From an uncultured Chloroflexia bacterium (GTDB taxonomy: Bacteria > Chloroflexota > Anaerolineae > CG2-30-64-16): DNA of 64,000 nt. Location of the stretch: positions 480,001 through 544,000 of the forward strand of contig CAWEMM010000009.1 of NCBI GenBank assembly GCA_963810095.1. The letters run 5' to 3'. Positions within the stretch are counted from its first letter, which is position 1. Every line of letters begins with the position of its first letter. The notes below the pieces were generated by a model. It saw nothing but the letters and a program-made list of their open reading frames with translations. It was not told the DNA's origin and did not search any database. This document shows positions 9,119 through 18,528 of this stretch, piece after piece. A program made the position numbers and the translations under genes.

Positions 9119-10099
9119 GTGGAATCAACGCTTCCCCGAGCTGGGGGCGAGCCAGCGGCGCGTTCAAATGCGAGCCGCTGGCGCTACCTTAAGGACCGCA
9201 TCGCCTCGCGCATTCTTTGGCTGGTCGCCATTTTGCCGCTCGTCATCCTGGTGCTCATGGCCGCGGGGCTGGCTGCACGGACGAAACCGCTCTTGGATCA
9301 TGCCTCGTTGGGGGCGCTGCTGCTGGGCGAGACGTGGAGCCCTCAGCAGGGTCTCTTCGGCTTCCTGCCCTTCATCGTTGGCACGGTCTGGGTGACGACG
9401 GTCGCCATGATCATCGCCGTGCCGCCCACCCTGCTCATGGCGATCTACCTTGCCGAGTATGCCCGGCCCAGCACACGCACCGCCATGAAGCCAATCCTCG
9501 ACATCCTGGCGGCCATTCCGTCCGTCGTGTACGGCGTGTGGGGCATCGTGGCGGTCGTGCCGCTGGTCCAAAACTTCTTCGGTCCTGCGCTCTCGGGCGT
9601 GTTTGGCTTCATGCCTCTCTTCCAGGTCAACAACCCGACCGGCTACGGCATTCTCGCCGGCGGCATCGTGCTGGCCGTCATGGTCGCGCCCGTGATCAGC
9701 GCCATCACGTTCGAGGTCATGGACGCCGTGCCGCGCGGGCTGCGTGAGGCGACCCTGGCGCTGGGAACGACCCGTTGGCAGACGATCAAGCACGTCGTGC
9801 TGCGCAAGGCCGCGCCGGGGATCATCGCGGCGGTCGTGCTGGGGTTCTCGCGGGCGTTTGGCGAGACGATGGCGGTGCTCATGGTCGTGGGCAACGTGGC
9901 CAAAATTCCGCACTCGATCTTCGATCCCGCCTATCCCCTGACGGCGCTCATCGCGAACAACTATGGCGAGATGATGTCCGTGCCGCTGTATGATGCGGCG
10001 CTGTTGGCCGCGGCGCTGATCCTGCTGGTCGTCGTGCTGCTGTTCAACCTGGTTGCCGCGCTGATCCTGCGCCGCGTCAAGCGGAGCGTGTCGCAATGA
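9119..10099 (+). CDS. pstC: PstC-family ABC permease
   Basis: FGFLPFIVGT, AIYLAEY, LAAIPSVVYG, SRAFGETMAVLMVVGN. Confidence 0.9.
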   Translation: MESTLPRAGGEPAARSNASRWRYLKDRIASRILWLVAILPLVILVLMAAGLAARTKPLLDHASLGALLLGETWSPQQGLFGFLPFIVGTVWVTTVAMIIAVPPTLLMAIYLAEYARPSTRTAMKPILDILAAIPSVVYGVWGIVAVVPLVQNFFGPALSGVFGFMPLFQVNNPTGYGILAGGIVLAVMVAPVISAITFEVMDAVPRGLREATLALGTTRWQTIKHVVLRKAAPGIIAAVVLGFSRAFGETMAVLMVVGNVAKIPHSIFDPAYPLTALIANNYGEMMSVPLYDAALLAAALILLVVVLLFNLVAALILRRVKRSVSQ

Positions 10100-10965
10100 G
10101 AAACCTGGTTTCGCGCCGGCGGATGGCATGTATCGAAGAGCGTTTCTTTCTCGGGCTGATGCTGCTCTCCTTTGTCGTGGTGGGGGGCAGCCTGCTCGTC
10201 ATCGTCGGCACGGTGCTCGTGCGCGGGCTGCCCGGGCTGACCTGGTCCATGCTGACACAGACGCCGAAGGGCGGCTTTTACATGGGCAAAGAAGGGGGAA
10301 TCCTCAACGCGATTCTGGGCTCCCTCATTCTGGCGTTTGGGGCCACGCTCGTCGCGCTTGTCCTGGCCCTGCCCATGGCCCTGTATCTCAACTCGTATGC
10401 CAGCAACAACCGGTTGAAGGCCCTCGCGCGGCTCAGTCTCGACGTTCTGTGGGGTGTGCCGTCAATCGTCTACGGCGCGGTCGCCTTCACCCTCATGTTG
10501 GTGATCGGCATGCGTGCGTCGTTGCTGGCCGGGATTGTTGCGATCGCGCTTGTCGAGCTGCCGATCCTCGTGCGTGCGGTGGACGAGGTGATGAAGCTCA
10601 TCCCGCACGAGCTGTCTGAGTCCGCACTGGCGCTTGGCGCGACCCGCACGGAGGTCGCCTTTGGCGTCATCGTGCGCCAGGCGCTGCCCGGCATCGTGAC
10701 GGGGATTTTACTGGCGTTCGGGCGGGGCATCGGCGACGCGGCCGCGGTGCTCTTCACGGCCGGCTACACGGACCGGCTGCCCACGTCGCTCTTTCGCCCG
10801 GTGGCGACGCTGCCGCTCGCGGTCTTCTTCCAATTGGGTACGCCGTTTCCTGCCGTGCAACAGCGCGGCTACGCCTCGGCGCTGGTGCTGACCGTGATCA
10901 TCCTGGTCGTGAGCCTGGGTTCACGCTGGCTGGCCGTGCGCCTGAGCCGGAATGTGATCAAGTAA
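10096..10965 (+). CDS. pstA: PstA-family ABC permease
   Basis: GGILNAILGS, LWGVPSIVYG, GILLAFGRGIGDAAAVLFTAG; ATGA overlap with pstC. Confidence 0.9.
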   Translation: MRNLVSRRRMACIEERFFLGLMLLSFVVVGGSLLVIVGTVLVRGLPGLTWSMLTQTPKGGFYMGKEGGILNAILGSLILAFGATLVALVLALPMALYLNSYASNNRLKALARLSLDVLWGVPSIVYGAVAFTLMLVIGMRASLLAGIVAIALVELPILVRAVDEVMKLIPHELSESALALGATRTEVAFGVIVRQALPGIVTGILLAFGRGIGDAAAVLFTAGYTDRLPTSLFRPVATLPLAVFFQLGTPFPAVQQRGYASALVLTVIILVVSLGSRWLAVRLSRNVIK

Positions 10966-10992
10966 GCCGCGGACGGCGCCGTAAAGAGGCGA

Positions 10993-11060
10993 CGACACAA
11001 AGCTTCACACGGCCCGGATTCCGTGCTTTGTGAGCTTTGCGCCTTGGTGTCTTTGTGGTG
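10993..11060. repeat. REP-like hairpin (CACAAAG/CTTTGTG family)
   Basis: GACACAAAG...CTTTGTG...CTTGGTGTCTTTGTGGTG between pstA and pstB. Confidence 0.55.
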
Positions 11061-11084
11061 TCAGGTAGCCGTTAGAGGAAGCCA

Positions 11085-11837
11085 ATGGAAGCACACATTA
11101 GGGTCGAGCATCTCGGCGTGCAGTATCGCACGTTCCAGGCGCTGAAGGACGTCAACGCGGAGATCCCGCGCAACAAGATCACCGTCATCATGGGACCGTC
11201 GGGCTGCGGCAAGACGACGCTGCTCAAGAGCATGAACCGTCTGCTCGACTTGACTGAAGGCGCGCAGATCACCGGCCGGGTGTTGCTCGACGGCGAAGAC
11301 GTCTACGCACCGTCGGTGGACGTGGGCGAAGTGCGCAAGCGGGCCGGGCTGCTTGCGCAGCGGCCCTTCCCCCTGCCCATGTCGATTTACGACAACGTCG
11401 CGTACGGGCGGCGGATTCACGGCATCCGCGATGGACGTAAGGACGGTGAGGCGGTCCAACACTATCTCGAGTTGGCAGGGCTGTGGAGCGAGGTGAAGGA
11501 TCGTCTCCACACACCGGCTACCCGGCTTTCGATTGGCCAACAGCAGCGGCTGTGCCTGGCGCGCGGGCTGGCGGTCGAGCCGGAAGTAATCCTGGGCGAC
11601 GAGCCCACGTCCGCGCTGGACCCGATTTCTGCACAGCACATCGAGAGCCGGCTGCTCGAACTGAAGGAGAAATACACGGTGGTGTTGGTCACGCACGTGT
11701 TGCGCCAGGCGCGCCGGCTGGCCGACCATGTGATCTTTATGTACCTGGGGGAGCTGGTCGAGGCGGGGCCGGCGGAGGAAGTGTTCAACCGGCCGAGAGA
11801 GGAACGGACCCGGGCCTATTTGAACGGTGCGTTCTAG
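11085..11837 (+). CDS. pstB: PstB-family ABC ATPase
   Basis: [41 protein letters not shown]. Confidence 0.93.
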   Translation: MEAHIRVEHLGVQYRTFQALKDVNAEIPRNKITVIMGPSGCGKTTLLKSMNRLLDLTEGAQITGRVLLDGEDVYAPSVDVGEVRKRAGLLAQRPFPLPMSIYDNVAYGRRIHGIRDGRKDGEAVQHYLELAGLWSEVKDRLHTPATRLSIGQQQRLCLARGLAVEPEVILGDEPTSALDPISAQHIESRLLELKEKYTVVLVTHVLRQARRLADHVIFMYLGELVEAGPAEEVFNRPREERTRAYLNGAF

Positions 11838-11846
11838 GGGGATGCA

Positions 11847-11893
11847 GCATGGGGCGCGCCCACCGGCCAGCGGCCGGCGGGCGCGCCCCATGC
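11847..11893. terminator. Hairpin between convergent genes
   Basis: GCATGGGGCGCGCCC...GGGCGCGCCCCATGC. Confidence 0.6.
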
Positions 11894-11905
11894 TCCGCGA
11901 GCGAA

Positions 11906-14620
11906 CTACTGCCCCTTTGTCAGCGCATAACCGAATACGCCCGTGCGGTTGGAGAGTGCTGACGGCGAAGTATTCACCGCCGTGACCGCGTAGTAATATG
12001 ACCCCGCGCTACCTCGGGCCTGCAGGTCCGCAAAGCTCGTCCCCAACACATTCGCATACGGCACGTCGCTCGCCGTATTTGGCGTGAAGTAGGGCGCCGT
12101 AGCGCTCCGCCAGACATCGTAGTGGTCCACCACCGCGGCTTTTCCGTTCACGTCCAGCGTAACCGCGCTCCACGTCAGGTTCGCGTCCGCGCCACTCGCC
12201 GCGATTGCGACCACCGGCGCTTTCGGGGCGGTCAGTGCGCTAGTGCGCTGCACTTCCACCATGTGAATCCACTCGTTGCCGTCGCTCGCCGTCCCATCCC
12301 GGCTGTCGATGTAGAAGTCCGCGCCCCCCGTCAGCCGGCCGCCGAACCTGCCATCCGTTACCGTGAAAGTGGCGGTCTTCAGCGTCTTTGTCCCCGCCTT
12401 AACGATCGTTCCGGCCGTCTTCTCGCCCGAGGCCGAGTCGTACTTCAGCGACCACTTGTCCGTCCCGAGGTCGAAGTAGTTGACGGTGATGGTAGCTGCG
12501 TAAGTGTCCGAGCCGGGGATATAGCCGTCGTCGATGAGGAAGAACATGTACGGGTTGCCCGTGGACTGGTCTGTCCGGCGCACCGTGTACGCTTCCTTGC
12601 CTTCGCCCGTGTAGTTCTTCAGCGCCGTCACATCGTACCACTTGCTGTAGTCGTTGGGATCCTGGCCAACGAGCGGAGGCAGGTCGGGGTTGTAGGGCTG
12701 CGGGAAGCACGGGTAGTTCGGCCCGAACAAGTCTTCCCGGTAGGACCCTGTCGGGCAGTTGCCCAGGCCGGCTTTCCCCGCAGCGTTATTCAGATTCACG
12801 GGGTCTCGGGCATAGCGGCTGTCCACGCTCTTGTCGTTCGTCTCGGCGACGGTCTTCCCGCCTGTGATCGAGTCGACCTGCTTGAGATAGAAGTCGAAGT
12901 TGCCCAGGTCGGGCGACACGGTCCCGCTCGCGATGTACGACACCCCGCCCGTGCGGCAGTTCATGAAGGTTGGGTTGCGGTGCTCGCGCATCAGCACCCA
13001 GACCTTCGGCGTCGTCTCGGGCGTCTTGCCGAAGTAGGGCTTGGCCCAGATAAAGTTGTCCTTGTCACCCTGCGCCTGAAGGATCGGCTGGTCGGCCCGC
13101 TGGTAGTCGACCTTCTTATCCAGCGCGTTCGCCAGCCCCATGAACGAGAGCGCGGGGTTGCACAGGTCGGTGTCGTACGCCTCCATGGAGAAAGGCGCCT
13201 GGCCGAGGAACTCCGCCAGCGGGTCGAACATCCCCGTGCCGTCGTTCTTGAACGCTTCGCGCTGGTCTGACGAAAGCATGTTCGCGGACAGCCCCACCTT
13301 GCGCGCACCGGCGTAGTCGGTGGTGTCCTCGCGCTCCTGCACGCTCTTGTAGGTCGGCGCATATTGGAGCAAAACGCTGCGCCCCGGCGGCTGGCCGGGC
13401 ACCGAGTTGAACGCGTCGGCGTGCGCCTGGGTCACCTTGTTGGCGTAGTCAATCCAGCCCTGTGAGGTCAGGCCGGCATTCGACACGACAAAGTCGAAGT
13501 TGTCCGTCGTCGGCTGGTTCTCGCCGTAGACCCCGGTGCCGAACGAGAGGTACTGGAGGTCCGGGTTCGCCTTATAGCGTGCGCCAAAGGCCTGGATGAA
13601 GCGGACGTACGGATCCGAGAAGGAGGCGTTCTGATACTTAGGCACGAGGTGACGCACCGAAACCTGCACGTTGTCGACGTAGAAGGTGGTGACGTTCGAG
13701 GCGTTCGTCGCCACCCTGAACGCGACCCGCACCTTCTTCTCCGGCGCGAAGTTGCTCACGTCGAACGTGTACGTCTTCCAGGTCTTGCTCGTGTGGCCGA
13801 GGTTCGTGATATCCAGCTGTGTGCCGCCGAGCTTGTTATTGCCCGTGTCCCACAGTTCCATGTAGAGGTGATCGTTCGCAGCGGCATCCGCGGTGTCGAT
13901 GTACACGTCCGCTTTGATGGTCACCCGCTGTGTCCCGTCGAGGCTGGCGGGCATTGCGGGAATGCGCTCTTCATAGTGGTAGATCGTGCCCGCGGCGTTA
14001 TTCACACCTCCGAGCACCGCAGCATAGTTCGTGCCGCTATCCGGTCCGTCGCCCACCGAGACATTGCCCGACTTCGTCCACAGGTATGCGTGGTCGCTGG
14101 AGTTGTCGAAGCCCGCGTTGTAGCGCGAGGGTTTCCAGTAGTTGATGTAGTTTGGCGTCGGGTCGGTTGCCGAGTTATTGGCCGGCGCCACCGTGTCGTT
14201 GCCCTTGATAACATAGTCCGGCGTTGGCCGGATGTCGCCCGAGTCGCTCCCGTCGTAGACGCTCGTCATCACGCCGAGCTTCAGCCCTGCCTTTTTGGCA
14301 TCCGTAATGCGCTGATCGAGCAGCGTCCAGTCGTAGACGCCGTCGGCCGGGTTAAGCTCGCTCCAGCGCAAGGCGCGCATGGCTCCGTCGATTGGGTAGG
14401 TAGATGGGCTGAGCATCGGGTTCGTGCCGTAGTCGATATAGAAGACGCCACCCTGGGGGTTGAGCGGCGCGGTGATGCGGTCAGGTTCAACCCCGGCGTT
14501 GGGCGGTGCAGTTGTGCCTTCTTGCGCTCGCATGGGAATGGCGGCGGCAGCGAGCAGCAGGCCGGCAAGCGCCAGCGCGGCAAGCAGGGTCTTTCCGCGA
14601 GCATGAAAGGGGCGGATCAC
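11906..14620 (-). CDS. Large secreted modular protein: clan GH-A-like (GH42-related) glycoside hydrolase with an inserted beta-sandwich domain and a C-terminal FN3-like domain
   Basis: GTG start with AGGAG RBS; signal peptide (LLAALALAGLLLAAAAIPMRA); LRWSELNPADGVYDWTLLD, FIQAFGARY, GVYGENQP; C-terminal LTWSAV...YDVWRS...YYYAVTAVN. Confidence 0.6.
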   Translation of the reverse strand: MIRPFHARGKTLLAALALAGLLLAAAAIPMRAQEGTTAPPNAGVEPDRITAPLNPQGGVFYIDYGTNPMLSPSTYPIDGAMRALRWSELNPADGVYDWTLLDQRITDAKKAGLKLGVMTSVYDGSDSGDIRPTPDYVIKGNDTVAPANNSATDPTPNYINYWKPSRYNAGFDNSSDHAYLWTKSGNVSVGDGPDSGTNYAAVLGGVNNAAGTIYHYEERIPAMPASLDGTQRVTIKADVYIDTADAAANDHLYMELWDTGNNKLGGTQLDITNLGHTSKTWKTYTFDVSNFAPEKKVRVAFRVATNASNVTTFYVDNVQVSVRHLVPKYQNASFSDPYVRFIQAFGARYKANPDLQYLSFGTGVYGENQPTTDNFDFVVSNAGLTSQGWIDYANKVTQAHADAFNSVPGQPPGRSVLLQYAPTYKSVQEREDTTDYAGARKVGLSANMLSSDQREAFKNDGTGMFDPLAEFLGQAPFSMEAYDTDLCNPALSFMGLANALDKKVDYQRADQPILQAQGDKDNFIWAKPYFGKTPETTPKVWVLMREHRNPTFMNCRTGGVSYIASGTVSPDLGNFDFYLKQVDSITGGKTVAETNDKSVDSRYARDPVNLNNAAGKAGLGNCPTGSYREDLFGPNYPCFPQPYNPDLPPLVGQDPNDYSKWYDVTALKNYTGEGKEAYTVRRTDQSTGNPYMFFLIDDGYIPGSDTYAATITVNYFDLGTDKWSLKYDSASGEKTAGTIVKAGTKTLKTATFTVTDGRFGGRLTGGADFYIDSRDGTASDGNEWIHMVEVQRTSALTAPKAPVVAIAASGADANLTWSAVTLDVNGKAAVVDHYDVWRSATAPYFTPNTASDVPYANVLGTSFADLQARGSAGSYYYAVTAVNTSPSALSNRTGVFGYALTKGQ

Positions 14621-14835
14621 ATGATGCTCCTGTAGATGTCTTGAGGTTCTGAGTCGAGCGGCAGCGAAGCGGCGGTCAGCGTAAGGGCGCTGGGCCTTGA
14701 GGAGGAACGCCGCGCAGCAAGACACACAGCGATGGCCGTGCCTAACGAAACAAACGAAGAAGACCGGCCGCAGTTACGGCCGGTTTGATGTAGGCCGGCC
14801 GTAGGGCGGAAGGGTTGCCTCGGGGCCGTTCCTGC

Positions 14836-16758
14836 CTATCCGATTGCCGTTACGCGCACCATGTCGAATGCGGCGCTCGCCCACGATGCGGCGAGGCCGA
14901 CGTGAGTTCCTGCCCGCGGCAGCGGCAGCTCGCCAAGGTGTTGCCCTTCGAGCGCGACTGCGACTCCCAAGTGGGTCACCCGCAGCCGCCACTGATGCCA
15001 TTGCATCACGCCGAAACCTTCCGGCAGGCGCCACGCCGTTTCGTTGCCTGTGTCGCCGTCGCCTGCAACGAGTTTCCAGCCGGCCTCGGTCCGCTCCAGC
15101 GCCAGCAGCGGCCCGGCATGGTCGGCCGACAGCGCCGGCGAAATGCCATACCCCCCGCCGGCCTCGGCATCGAGCAGCCGGACGTCGACAACCAGTTCAT
15201 ACTGCTCGGCAGGGACCATTTTGGCGATCATCGCGCTGTCGCGGGGCTTCGCCGGCGAGAGCAGTAGCCCGCCGCCCACGCTCCAGTCCGCGTCGCCCTC
15301 CCAATCCAGTTCCCCAGCGGCTTTCTCGGGACCGTCGAAGAGCTCCTCCCAGCCGAGCGTGATCTCCGGCGCTGCGAACGCGGCGCTCGTACCGTCGGTA
15401 TATAGCGCGACGTCGAAGGGCTCAAACGGCAGCTTGAGGCGCCAGCGGGAGGCCAGGTTGTCGAGCATGACCGCGACCCGGGAACCGTCGACCTCCAGCC
15501 GCAGCAGGTGGTCGACCGTCGGGTCGAAACCGGCCGGCAGCGGGTAGGCGCGCTGCGCCCCGCGCACGGCGATAACTAACGCCCGTTCGGCCGGCCAGAT
15601 TCCGAGCTGCGCCGACCGCTTCCGCTCCCCGATCAAGAGGACACCGTACGACCCGGTCGCAGGCGGATCTGCACGGAGGGTGACTTCGAATGTGAACTGG
15701 GGCGCAGGCAACTCCCAGCGCGCCTCGCTGCGCTGGCGCGGTAGGGTTTGCCGTGCCTCGTTCCCGTGGACCTGCCACTTGCCGCCCGTCATGTGGGCGT
15801 CGAAGCCGCTCACGGTGGGCGCGTTGGGCGCGGGCTGGGGGGTGTGGCTCGGCCCGAGCACGAGCAGGCGGTCGCCGGCCCAGTCAAGCGGGTCGATGGA
15901 AAGGACGCGGGAGTCGTCTACCCAGCGATGGTAGACGCAGTAGAGCTGCCTGTTGTCTGGCCCACGCACCACTGAGTTGTGTCCCGGCCCGGTGACGAAG
16001 CCGGGCAGCGTTCGGATGACCAAGGGCGCGTCCAGCCCGTCGCACGGCTGATCCCACTCCTCCTCGCACAACACCTGATGGCTCGTCGCGTACCCCACGC
16101 CGTACGACTGATTCGTCCAGTTGCCGCCGCTGAACATCTGGTAATAGACCCCCTTGCGCTTGAGCACGAAAGAGCCTTCAATCGTGTGCCACTTGACCCC
16201 ACCCTTGGAGGCGCGCGCCGGATCGAACACTTGCCACTCGTATGCCGCCCGCGAAACCGGACGGGGTTCGCCGGCCAGGGTGAACGGATCGACCATCCGG
16301 TCGACTACCGTGCCCGTGCCCACCCGCGTGTACTCGAGGAAGTCCGTGGCATAAAACATGTACATCTGGCCGTCTTCGTCGACGAAAACATGCGCGTCGA
16401 TGGCGAAGTCCTCTTTGGTGAGCCGTACGCCCTTGTCGATGTAGGGGCCGCCGGGATTGCGCGAAGTCGCAACTCGGAGTTGCATTAGCGTTTCGTTCCC
16501 CACGCTGTAGTAGAGGTAAAAGACGCCGTTGAGGTAGGTGATCTCGGGTGCCCAGTAGTAGGGATGCTCCTCTGCCAGCGGCTCGAGCGCGCCGCCCATC
16601 ACATGCCAATGAACCAGGTCGGCCGAACGAAGCATTTCGAACTTACGTTGATGGGGGAGGCAGTTGCTGCTGATGCACCAATACTCGCCGCGGTGCTTGA
16701 ATACGAACGGATCCGGGGCGGATCGCTTTAGTACGGGATTCAGATACGTCTCAGTCAT
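14836..16758 (-). CDS. Glycoside hydrolase family 43 with C-terminal beta-sandwich domains
   Basis: APDPFV, WAPEI, AIDAHVF, IEGSF, GPGHNSV. Confidence 0.9.
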   Translation of the reverse strand: MTETYLNPVLKRSAPDPFVFKHRGEYWCISSNCLPHQRKFEMLRSADLVHWHVMGGALEPLAEEHPYYWAPEITYLNGVFYLYYSVGNETLMQLRVATSRNPGGPYIDKGVRLTKEDFAIDAHVFVDEDGQMYMFYATDFLEYTRVGTGTVVDRMVDPFTLAGEPRPVSRAAYEWQVFDPARASKGGVKWHTIEGSFVLKRKGVYYQMFSGGNWTNQSYGVGYATSHQVLCEEEWDQPCDGLDAPLVIRTLPGFVTGPGHNSVVRGPDNRQLYCVYHRWVDDSRVLSIDPLDWAGDRLLVLGPSHTPQPAPNAPTVSGFDAHMTGGKWQVHGNEARQTLPRQRSEARWELPAPQFTFEVTLRADPPATGSYGVLLIGERKRSAQLGIWPAERALVIAVRGAQRAYPLPAGFDPTVDHLLRLEVDGSRVAVMLDNLASRWRLKLPFEPFDVALYTDGTSAAFAAPEITLGWEELFDGPEKAAGELDWEGDADWSVGGGLLLSPAKPRDSAMIAKMVPAEQYELVVDVRLLDAEAGGGYGISPALSADHAGPLLALERTEAGWKLVAGDGDTGNETAWRLPEGFGVMQWHQWRLRVTHLGVAVALEGQHLGELPLPRAGTHVGLAASWASAAFDMVRVTAIG

Positions 16759-16792
16759 CAGGCTCTCTCTTCCGTGGACTCGTCATGCTAGT

Positions 16793-16852
16793 AAACACAA
16801 AGGCACAAAGACACGAAGTTGTCACGGTTCCCTTTGTGTCTTTGTGCCTTTG
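16793..16852. repeat. REP-like hairpin (CACAAAG family)
   Basis: CAAAGGCACAAAGACACGAAG...CTTTGTGTCTTTGTGCCTTTG. Confidence 0.7.
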
Positions 16853-16873
16853 GAGTCGGGATGCGAGCCCCGG

Positions 16874-18335
16874 TTAGGCCTGATACGTTCGCGCCGTGAC
16901 GTCGCCGCCGCGCCCGGTCCAGTTTGTGTGGAAGAATTGACCCCGGGGCGAATCGGTGCGCTCGTAGGTGTGGGCGCCGAAGTAGTCGCGCTGCGCCTGG
17001 ATCAGGTTCGCGGGCAGCCGCCCGCTGCGGTAGCCGTCGAGGAACGCCGAGCGCGCTGCTGAGTGCAGGAACCGGAACGCCGATCTGCACCGCTGCCGAG
17101 ACAACCCGCCGCCATGCCGGCAGCGCCTGCAACATCGCGTCCCGGAAGTACGGGGCCAGCAGGAGGTTGACGAGCGTGGGGTCCGCGACGAACGCGTCGC
17201 GGATGTCGTCCAGGAAGGCCGCGCGGATCACGCAGCCGCCGCGCCACATGAGTGCAATCCCGCCCAAGTTGAGTTGCCAGCCGTAATTCCGGGCGGCCGC
17301 CTGCATGAGCATGAAGCCCTGTGCGTAGGAGACGATCTTGGCGGCATAGACTGCTTGCTCAAGGTCTGCAAGAAACGCTTGGGCATCGCCCGTGAGCCGC
17401 TCGTATCCGCCTCCCAGCGCCTCTGCTGCGACGCGGCGTTCGTCGACGAGCGCGGAGAGGAAGCGGGCAAAAACGGCCTCGCCGATCAGGGTGAGCGGGG
17501 TGCTCTGATCCAACGCGGAGACGACGGTCCACTTGCCCGTGCCCTTTTGTCCGGCGCTGTCGAGGATGTAGTCGACCACTGCTTCGTCTTTTTCGTCGCG
17601 GTACGCCAGGATGTCTCGGGCAATCTCGATGAGGTACGACTCGAGCTGGCGGCTGTTCCAGCCTGCGAAGACCGCGCTCATCTGGTCGTTGCTGAGCCCG
17701 AGACCGTCCTTCATCAGCTGGTACGACTCGGCGATGATCTGCATGTCGCCATACTCGATGCCGTTGTGAACCATCTTGACGAAGTGGCCCGAGCCCGATG
17801 GCCCCACCCAATCGCAGCACGGTTCGCCGTTCGGATCGCCTTCAGGTACCTTCGCCGCAATGGCCTGGAGAATCGGCTTCATGTGGGGCCAGGCTGCAGC
17901 GGAGCCGCCGGGCATGATAGACGGGCCGTGGCGCGCGCCCTCTTCGCCCCCAGATACACCGGTGCCGATGTACAGCAGGCCCTTTGACTCGACATAAGCG
18001 ACGCGCCGGACCGTGTCTTCGAAGTTCGAGTTGCCGCCGTCGATGATGATGTCCCCGGGCGCGAGGAGGGGGATCAGCTTCTCGATGAAGTCGTCGACGG
18101 GCTGCCCGGCCTTTACCAGCATCATGACTCGCCTGGGGCGCTTGAGCAGCCCCACCATCTCCTCCAGCGAGTGCGTGCCAACGATCGGCATGCCCTTTGC
18201 CGGCCCGTCCACGAACTCGTCGACCACCGAGTGCGTTCGATTGTAGACGGCGACTGTGAAGCCATGATCGGCCATGTTCATCACGAGGTTCTGGCCCATG
18301 ACGGCCAGGCCAATGAGTGCGATGTCTGCCTGCAT
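16874..18335 (-). CDS. gnd: NADP-dependent 6-phosphogluconate dehydrogenase (decarboxylating); frameshift near 17055
   Basis: [34 protein letters not shown]; [20 protein letters not shown] in the adjacent frame. Confidence 0.95.
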
Positions 18336-18439
18336 TTTTGAATCCTTTCCGGATCGTGCGTGCGATATGAGGCATTGTAGTGGCGCGGGGAGATGCGGTC
18401 AAAAGTGTGGGTGGACCGAGCCAGGCTTCACATGCGATC

Positions 18440-18523
18440 GACAAGAACGACAAGGGGCACAAAGGCTATCTCGAAAACTCGGGACGTTTGTGCCGCCTTG
18501 CGTCTTGGTGTCTCTGTGGTGAA
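18440..18523. repeat. Degenerate REP-like hairpin (CACAAAG family)
   Basis: GGCACAAAG...TTTGTGCC...CTTGGTGTCTCTGTGGTGAA. Confidence 0.5.
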
Positions 18524-18528
18524 GACGA

